Made by a program: the position numbers and the translations under genes. The notes under the pieces were generated by a model. That model worked only from the letters and a program-made list of their open reading frames with translations. It did no database searches and was not told the origin of the DNA. 37,979 nucleotides of DNA from a virus. Location of the stretch: positions 1-37,979 of the IMG/VR virus record IMGVR_UViG_3300017913_000351; one strand, 5' to 3'. Position 1 is the stretch's first letter. Each line of letters opens with the position of its first letter. Below are positions 32,716 to 37,979 of this stretch, one piece after another.

Positions 32716-33218
32716 TGATTTTCAATTCACCAGTTGTGCCACAAAAGGGTTCTGAGTTTGCCGATGAATGGCACGTCACCGAAGTTTGGTATTGCGATCA
32801 CCCGGGGTGGATGACTTGGATGGTCACCTGCAAAGATGTAGATGGCGACTGCATCGGCGAGTCGGAGTATTACCATCTAAAGTCTGATGCTCTGCGCTGC
32901 GCTCGTGGCTACCTTAACTCAGGGCGCTGCAAGTTTATGTCAGTCGAAAAGAAAAACGGTGAGCAGCAGTACGTCGAGCCAAAGCCAGTGCAGCGAGAGA
33001 TCGAGGGCGTGTACTGGCGCACCTTCCCGGAGCGGCGTATGTCGAAGGTGCATCTCAGCTTTATTGACGAGGAAACACTCTGCGGCATCGCTACAGTTCA
33101 TAAGCCAAAAAAAGACGTCGAGTATCACCGGGAGTCACCTCACCTAGTCGACTGTGCAGCCTGCAAAAAAATAGCCCGGAGGATTGGAGAGAAGAAAATG
33201 CAAGAGTGGGGCTTGTGA
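32715..33218 (+). CDS. Cys-rich ORFan early protein (167 aa).
   Basis: TAATG coupling. It has 9 Cys, including CAAC near the C-terminus. Confidence 0.6.
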   Translation: MIFNSPVVPQKGSEFADEWHVTEVWYCDHPGWMTWMVTCKDVDGDCIGESEYYHLKSDALRCARGYLNSGRCKFMSVEKKNGEQQYVEPKPVQREIEGVYWRTFPERRMSKVHLSFIDEETLCGIATVHKPKKDVEYHRESPHLVDCAACKKIARRIGEKKMQEWGL

Positions 33219-33219
33219 T

Positions 33220-33262
33220 CTGTCTCATATTTTGAGACACTCTGTGTGTCGGGGGTTTCCCG
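33220..33262 (+). promoter_or_regulatory. Conserved 43-nt regulatory element, copy B, 68 nt upstream of ATG 33288.
   Basis: 40/43 identical to 31683..31725. It starts 2 nt after the upstream stop codon. Confidence 0.7.
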
Positions 33263-33287
33263 GCGCACGATTTAGGGAGAATCGGCT

Positions 33288-34127
33288 ATGAAAAATTTTT
33301 GGAATCACATGGAACAGCGCTTGATAGACTACGACCTCGCTCGCGAGCGTGGCATCAAGGCTTACGACACGCGTCTCCGTAACGCAGCGGCTAACCGTAA
33401 CGACGGCGCTGAGCCAAAGGTCTCACCATTGTCTGGCCGTATGCACGCGCCTTACGATGGCTACGTTTGGGTTTGGATGGAAGGCAATACTGAGTGTGAG
33501 GCTACGTACCTTGCTGGTCAGTACCTTCCTTATCCCAAAGAGCGTGAGTCGCTTTTCTCTGGTGATTTCACCGGGGACCATAGTGTAAGAGTGCCGCTAG
33601 AGCGCGCAGACAAGTTCATACGTATTTGGAAGAGCCTCATCGATCCATTGCACCTCGGCGTCGACGTTTGGCGCTCGCGTCACTGGGACACCGACAAGGG
33701 CCCTTTTTGTTTCTTCAGAATAAGCCGGTGCCCGCAGGATGTCATCAACGACGTCGTCGATTACTTGATTGGCGATATCCTGCGTGACAATGAGGCGGAG
33801 CGTCAGGCGCTGGAAGATGAGCGCGCTGCACGCGACAGTGCTCACGAGAACGGTCAAGATGCGCCGACTGGCCGCGTTGTGATCACCGGACAGTGCTTAC
33901 ACTTCAAGATGCAGGAGTCTATGTACGGCAACGTCGAGAAGATGCTCGTGCAAGATGACCGCGGCTTTCGTGTCTGGGGTACAGTGCCTCGCAGTCTCGA
34001 TGATGCTGAGCGCGGCAGTCGTGTCAGATTTATTGCTCAGATCACTGTGTCTGACGACAACCCTAAGTTTGGCTTCTTCAAGCGCCCAACTAAGGGCGAG
34101 GTGCTAACCTCTGAGGAGGCAGCATGA
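33288..34127 (+). CDS. ORFan early protein (279 aa) with a possible C-terminal OB-fold-like domain.
   Basis: SD ttagggaga. The C-terminal pattern GRVVITG....YGNVEKMLVQDDRGFRVWGTVPRSL...GSRVRFIAQITVSDDNPKFGFFKRPTK recurs in phage proteins, from memory. Confidence 0.6.
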   Translation: MKNFWNHMEQRLIDYDLARERGIKAYDTRLRNAAANRNDGAEPKVSPLSGRMHAPYDGYVWVWMEGNTECEATYLAGQYLPYPKERESLFSGDFTGDHSVRVPLERADKFIRIWKSLIDPLHLGVDVWRSRHWDTDKGPFCFFRISRCPQDVINDVVDYLIGDILRDNEAERQALEDERAARDSAHENGQDAPTGRVVITGQCLHFKMQESMYGNVEKMLVQDDRGFRVWGTVPRSLDDAERGSRVRFIAQITVSDDNPKFGFFKRPTKGEVLTSEEAA

Positions 34128-34333
34128 GAGGCCCGTTAGATGACCAAGCCGAGGCTAAGTGGCAAGAGATAGGGGACGCCATTGGCGTCTCTCGGCAGGG
34201 CGCGAAACACATCTATAACCGCGCTATTGAGAAGCTCCGACGTAACCCGGAGCTTTTGCAGTATTACAAGGACTCTCTGCAGTCTGACGTAGACCCAACA
34301 CAAACAATGATAAAATGGGTGCACCGGGGGTAA
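34124..34333 (+). CDS. Sigma70 region-4-like HTH mini-protein (69 aa).
   Basis: WQEIGDAIGVSRQGAKHIYNRAIEKLRR matches the region 4.2 HTH pattern (eIa..lGvSr..V..i..RAl.KLR). ATGA-coupled. Confidence 0.6.
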   Translation: MRGPLDDQAEAKWQEIGDAIGVSRQGAKHIYNRAIEKLRRNPELLQYYKDSLQSDVDPTQTMIKWVHRG

Positions 34334-34335
34334 AA

Positions 34336-34530
34336 ATGAACCATTGGGATTTAGATCAAAAGCTGCAAATGCAGCAAAGGGCTTGGGCATTGCTACGCGG
34401 AGGGTTTCGGCAGGACGAGGTCGTGTCAAACCTTGAGGTAGAGTTTCCTTGGCTAGACGACATCGAGCGAGAGGACATTCCTCTATTGGTGCGCCGTGTA
34501 TGGCACGAGATAAGAAAGCAGCTCCATTAA
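34336..34530 (+). CDS. Hypothetical small protein (64 aa; the track start at 34315 is also possible).
   Basis: ORF between the two HTH genes. No motif. Confidence 0.5.
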   Translation: MNHWDLDQKLQMQQRAWALLRGGFRQDEVVSNLEVEFPWLDDIEREDIPLLVRRVWHEIRKQLH

Positions 34531-34541
34531 GGAGGGAGCTT

Positions 34542-34745
34542 ATGCCATTTTCTGAGATCGCTCGCGCTCTCGGAATCACTAGGAATGAGGCTATTACAGC
34601 CTACGAAAACGCCGTCGCTAAAATCTATAAACAGAGCGGCAAATTAAGGGAGTATCGGCATGGAACAAAATCAAACATTGCAGGCGATCCTGATTACCTC
34701 ACTTTTTGTGATGGGCTTCGGGATAGTGGGGACGATGGACTATAA
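34542..34745 (+). CDS. Second sigma70 region-4-like or LuxR-type HTH mini-protein (67 aa).
   Basis: Strong SD aaggaggga lies 4 nt upstream of ATG 34542. Contains FSEIARALGITRNEAITAYENAVAKIYK. The track ORF starts upstream at 34449. Confidence 0.55.
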   Translation: MPFSEIARALGITRNEAITAYENAVAKIYKQSGKLREYRHGTKSNIAGDPDYLTFCDGLRDSGDDGL

Positions 34746-34908
34746 CGACGCGCTAGCTCAGGAGAGGCACTACTGCTCATCAGTGGAGCGTTATGAATAC
34801 ACCAATGGGCTAGAGGGTCACCCGGATTACAAGAGCCTCCGTGAGATATGTGGGGGCATGAATGGCATCGAGGAAACTAACGCCGGAAATGGTCGAGGAA
34901 GCGACTGA
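34660..34908 (+). CDS. Small membrane protein (82 aa).
   Basis: SD taagggag lies 7 nt upstream. N-terminal TM LQAILITSLFVMGFGIVG. Confidence 0.6.
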   Translation: MEQNQTLQAILITSLFVMGFGIVGTMDYNDALAQERHYCSSVERYEYTNGLEGHPDYKSLREICGGMNGIEETNAGNGRGSD

Positions 34909-35065
34909 GTTATTACTCACTGGCGTACCAATGGACGCTGCAGCAATGATCTTCGGAGTATCGGAGAGCACTATGCGCAGAACGATACGTCACTTCCAAA
35001 TGTACGGCCGGTCACTATGGACAGAGTATCCGACGTTAGTTGATGACCGGACCGCGGAAGAATAG
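34862..35065 (+). CDS. Small HTH protein (67 aa), either a regulator or a terminase-small-subunit-like DNA-binding protein.
   Basis: LTPEMVEEATELLLTGVPMDAAAMIFGVSESTMRRTI is HTH-like. Confidence 0.5.
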   Translation: MASRKLTPEMVEEATELLLTGVPMDAAAMIFGVSESTMRRTIRHFQMYGRSLWTEYPTLVDDRTAEE

Positions 35066-35097
35066 AATCCGCAGAATGTTGGCATGGGGCAATAGGT

Positions 35098-35304
35098 ATG
35101 CTTCAAGCAGTACAAATCGAATGGCACCCGGTTAGACCGGGCTTGATGCCAAAGCAAGAGGGCACGTACCTCATCGCTTTTGATGATATGACTGTAGAAA
35201 CATATCCGTTGACCACTGACGACATTATGGACGGGGAAGTCAGAGCAGGACGCAGCATTGGGCTGTACTGGGCTACTTCGATACCGCACCCAGATGAGGA
35301 TTAG
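35098..35304 (+). CDS. Hypothetical protein (68 aa).
   Basis: ORF with a weak SD. No motif. Confidence 0.5.
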   Translation: MLQAVQIEWHPVRPGLMPKQEGTYLIAFDDMTVETYPLTTDDIMDGEVRAGRSIGLYWATSIPHPDED

Positions 35305-35309
35305 ACGCT

Positions 35310-35612
35310 ATGGCGCAAACACGAAAGCAAAAGATCAGCGAAGATCTGCAATGGGGTGCTCGACGAGCTGAAGAGCTAGAAGAGCTAAAAACTCAAGTAT
35401 TTGATTCTCAAAAGAAAGTACGTGAGCTGGACCCTGAGGAAAAGTATTTTTACAAGCGGCTTAAGCAGCAAGAGGTACTACAGGCTAGTTACTTCAGGCT
35501 GCTCAATAAGTATTGGCCCGACGTAAAGTCTATCGAAGCAGACCTAACTAGCAGCGATGGCTCAATGAGCCCGCCCACGGTGATCGAGCTTGTCGCAAAA
35601 ACTCTCGATTGA
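35310..35612 (+). CDS. Putative terminase small subunit (100 aa), assigned by position only.
   Basis: SD gagga. Coiled-coil protein immediately upstream of terL and overlapping it. Confidence 0.4.
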   Translation: MAQTRKQKISEDLQWGARRAEELEELKTQVFDSQKKVRELDPEEKYFYKRLKQQEVLQASYFRLLNKYWPDVKSIEADLTSSDGSMSPPTVIELVAKTLD

Positions 35613-36870
35613 ACTACCGCCAAAGCTAACCGAGCTGTTTGCCGGGGAGGCACGTTACCGCTGTTCATACGGTGGCCGCGGCTCAGCCAAGACACGTAGC
35701 TTCGCGCTGATGACCGCTGTCTGGGGTATGCGCTGGGGCATGGCCGGGAAGCAGGGCCAAATACTCTGCGCCCGGGAGCACCTCAATTCGCTCGATGAAT
35801 CATCGATGGAAGAGGTGAAGTCAGCGATACGGTCTGTCCCTCAGCTCGCTGCCTACTACGAGATCGGTGAGCGGTACATTCGATCAAAGGATGGCCGGGT
35901 TACCTATGTCTTTGCCGGGTTACGGCGCAACCTCGACAGCATCAAGTCTAAGGCACGTATCCTGCTCTGCTGGGTAGATGAGGCCGAGACGGTGAGCGAG
36001 ACGGCGTGGCAGAAGCTCATTCCCACAGTGCGAGAGGATGACTCGGAGATCTGGGTTACGTGGAACCCGGAAAACAAGCACAGCCCTACGCACCATAGAT
36101 TCCGTGAGGTGACACCAGAAGGGTGCAAGATCGTCGAGATGAATTGGCGAGACAACCCGTGGTTCCCTGATGTTCTTGAGCGAGAACGGCTTGAGGACAA
36201 AGAGAAGCGCCCGGATGTTTACGAGCATATCTGGGAGGGTGACTTTAAGGTCTTCTCAGAAGGCGCGTATTACACGATAGAGATGGCTAATGCGTTGCAC
36301 GATGGTCGCATAGACCGGGTGCCATACGAGCGCTCTGTGGGCGTTGTGACGGCGTGGGATCTGGGGGTGGGTGACAGCACGGCAATTTGGTTTGCGCAGT
36401 TTGTCGGGCCCGAGGTGCGCGTCATCGACTATTACGAAAACGCTGGTGTGGGTCTGGACCACTATGCACGCGTGCTGCAGGAAAAAGGCTACATCTACGA
36501 CCACCACATCTTGCCGCACGATGTTCGGGTGCGAGAGCTGGGTAGCGGCCGGTCTCGATTAGAGGTGCTCGACAACCTCCGGGTGTCCCCGGTAGAGATA
36601 GCGCCTCAGCTAAACGTAGACGATGGCATACAGGCGGTGCGGTCTATGCTGGACCTTTGCTATTTCGACAAGGAAAAGTGCGAGAAGGGTATCGATTGCC
36701 TGCGCCAGTACCGGCGGCAATACAATGAGACCATGATGGTGTGGGCGGAGAAGCCATTGCACGATTGGACGTCTCACGCTGCAGACGCATTCCGCTACCT
36801 TGCCATCGGTTACCGGGAAACCTCCGACTGGGGCCAGCCCATTAGGCGAAATCTAAAGGGCATTGTTTGA
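35590..36870 (+). CDS. terL: Terminase large subunit (426 aa), TTG start.
   Basis: Walker A-like YGGRGSAKT about 27 aa from the start and Walker B ILLCWVDEAE. Size and C-terminal nuclease-like region fit PBSX/Terminase_3-like TerL. The first in-frame ATG lies beyond Walker A, so the TTG at 35590 (SD-like ggtga upstream) is required. Confidence 0.88.
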   Translation: MSQKLSIELPPKLTELFAGEARYRCSYGGRGSAKTRSFALMTAVWGMRWGMAGKQGQILCAREHLNSLDESSMEEVKSAIRSVPQLAAYYEIGERYIRSKDGRVTYVFAGLRRNLDSIKSKARILLCWVDEAETVSETAWQKLIPTVREDDSEIWVTWNPENKHSPTHHRFREVTPEGCKIVEMNWRDNPWFPDVLERERLEDKEKRPDVYEHIWEGDFKVFSEGAYYTIEMANALHDGRIDRVPYERSVGVVTAWDLGVGDSTAIWFAQFVGPEVRVIDYYENAGVGLDHYARVLQEKGYIYDHHILPHDVRVRELGSGRSRLEVLDNLRVSPVEIAPQLNVDDGIQAVRSMLDLCYFDKEKCEKGIDCLRQYRRQYNETMMVWAEKPLHDWTSHAADAFRYLAIGYRETSDWGQPIRRNLKGIV

Positions 36871-36880
36871 TACAATAGGG

Positions 36881-36895
36881 CCTCCATACTGGAGG
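36881..36895 (+). promoter_or_regulatory. Hairpin CCTCCA-TAC-TGGAGG followed by T4. Its 3' arm is the SD of the next gene.
   Basis: 6-bp stem. GGAGG lies 5 nt upstream of ATG 36900. Confidence 0.55.
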
Positions 36896-36899
36896 TTTT

Positions 36900-37979
36900 A
36901 TGCTTCGCAATCGCGCATCTGGCATTCTTGAAGAGCTATTTAGCTCTGCCAATTCGACGGAAGAGCTTATAAGTGAGTTGACGTATGACCGGGGATATCC
37001 GGGAGAGGTCGCTGAGAAGATCGCTTATGGTGAGCTTGATATGCGGCCCGGAGCTATCGCAGAGCGTAGTGCAGATTTTACTAAGGGCGACCCTACTGTT
37101 TATTTCCACGGCGGGTATATGCCTGCTAATCAATTTCGTGGCGACGGCGATTTAGTCTTCGCGACTCCAGATCCTTTTCTGGCTAACACCTATATACCAA
37201 ATAATGGGGCATTTAACGCGCTGAGTGGACAGCTTTACCCGTTACGCATAGACACGTCTGATTTTTTAAGGACAGACGCGCGCGGCGATAACTGGGGAAT
37301 GATAGAGCTGAACGACATTCTAGGCCCTGATGACAGTGTGTTATATCGTGGAGAGCGTGGCCGGTACTATGAGACCGATCAGCTCGGCGACATGGCAAGG
37401 CATAATAATTTCCCGGGCATTTTTATCGACAACGTAGTTGATGTCGGCGATAACTACCGAATAGCTAATAAAGCACTTCAAGATGCGCAGCACCCACTGC
37501 TTACACGATTTCAGTCGCTAGAAGATGGGTCAGATATAGTTGCTGTCAATGATCCTACTAAAGTTCGTTCGCAGTACGCCGCCTTCGATCCCGAATACAA
37601 AGGGCCTAATCTTCTCGGGGCAACTGCAGCCGCTGGTGTAGGTCTTGGTGCAATGGGTGCGTCAAATGACGCCATGAGCGCAGAAGAGCGCTACGGCACC
37701 ATAGAGCCCTATGAGCCCGGGATGGTCGAAGGTGCAGTTCAGAGTGTTGCTCAGTTCTTCAAAGACGCCGGGCTGACTGACTCCGATTACACCGCAAATC
37801 AAATGGCTGCGAGTCTATCTGATTTGGCAGATTTCACTCCGGTCGTCGGTGACGCTAAAGGATTCGCTGAGGCGCGTGATGCGTTCGCTGAAGGTGATTA
37901 TGGTGAGGCAGCGCTGTTAGGTGGCTTGGGCGTGCTTGGCCTTGTACCGATGCTAGGCGACGTAGCAGCCGGTGCTATC
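36900..37979 (+). CDS. N-terminal 360 aa of the wrap-around 689-aa protein: a putative ART-like (polyvalent-protein-type) domain, Gly-rich hydrophobic segments, and the start of a pre-toxin-TG-like motif.
   Basis: ATG 36900 has a GGAGG SD. The frame is open to the window end, so the ORF is absent from the track. Motifs are VYFHGG, LVFATPDPFLANTY, IVAVNDPTKVRSQYAAFDP and DFTPVVGDAKGFAEA. Confidence 0.85.
   Translation, partial: MLRNRASGILEELFSSANSTEELISELTYDRGYPGEVAEKIAYGELDMRPGAIAERSADFTKGDPTVYFHGGYMPANQFRGDGDLVFATPDPFLANTYIPNNGAFNALSGQLYPLRIDTSDFLRTDARGDNWGMIELNDILGPDDSVLYRGERGRYYETDQLGDMARHNNFPGIFIDNVVDVGDNYRIANKALQDAQHPLLTRFQSLEDGSDIVAVNDPTKVRSQYAAFDPEYKGPNLLGATAAAGVGLGAMGASNDAMSAEERYGTIEPYEPGMVEGAVQSVAQFFKDAGLTDSDYTANQMAASLSDLADFTPVVGDAKGFAEARDAFAEGDYGEAALLGGLGVLGLVPMLGDVAAGAI
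37839..37979. repeat. Terminal direct repeat copy 2, identical to 1..141.
   Basis: Exact identity read directly from the sequence. Confidence 0.95.

Noticed and set aside
1-37979. tRNA genes, an integrase/repressor lysogeny module, and an attP site.
   Set aside because: I found no cloverleaf-compatible sequence with a T-loop motif in the non-coding gaps. No ORF has tyrosine or serine recombinase motifs. Only small HTH proteins are present.

Overview
The window is one complete, circularly closed dsDNA tailed-phage genome. Its unit length is 37,838 bp, because the first and last 141 bp are identical. All roughly 60 genes are on the + strand and tightly packed, with many ATGA/TAATG start-stop overlaps. 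Order on the circle: (1) a sigma70-type early promoter with a palindromic operator at 27826..27864. (2) An early module: two small acidic proteins, a Rad52-like SSAP (Sak/DUF1071), SSB, a Cro/XRE-like HTH, a 318-bp structured non-coding region, NinB/Orf-like, a NinG/Rap-like gene that looks split, and many ORFans. (3) A cluster of tiny HTH proteins, two of them sigma70-region-4-like. (4) A putative terS and terL. (5) A 689-aa ORF that wraps around the contig ends and is missing from the ORF track; it has an ART-like N-terminal domain, a pre-toxin-TG-like motif and an unknown C-terminal domain. (6) Three hyper-basic micro-ORFs. (7) An adaptor-like gene and at least five fibre or receptor-binding-like proteins, including a 1930-aa fibre with a C-terminal S74 self-cleaving chaperone. 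(8) Gly/Gln-rich and large internal (ejection-like) proteins. (9) A P22-type portal, scaffold, DUF5309/SU10-type major capsid protein and a strong terminator. (10) A block of exported and membrane proteins, a GTA-type 3TM holin and a GH24 endolysin. I recognised no tail tube, sheath or tape measure, so the phage is podovirus-like by inference. I also recognised no tRNA, CRISPR, integrase, reverse transcriptase, DNA polymerase, helicase or primase. The most interesting candidates are the wrap-around polymorphic-toxin-like virion protein, a twice-repeated 43-nt regulatory element placed 67/68 nt upstream of two ORFan operons, the sigma-region-4-like mini-proteins, the hyper-basic micro-ORF cluster with an in-frame TGA, the split NinG, and an exported-protein block that replaces a recognisable spanin. 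All family assignments come from motif recognition by eye, with no searches run, and need HMM or structure confirmation.
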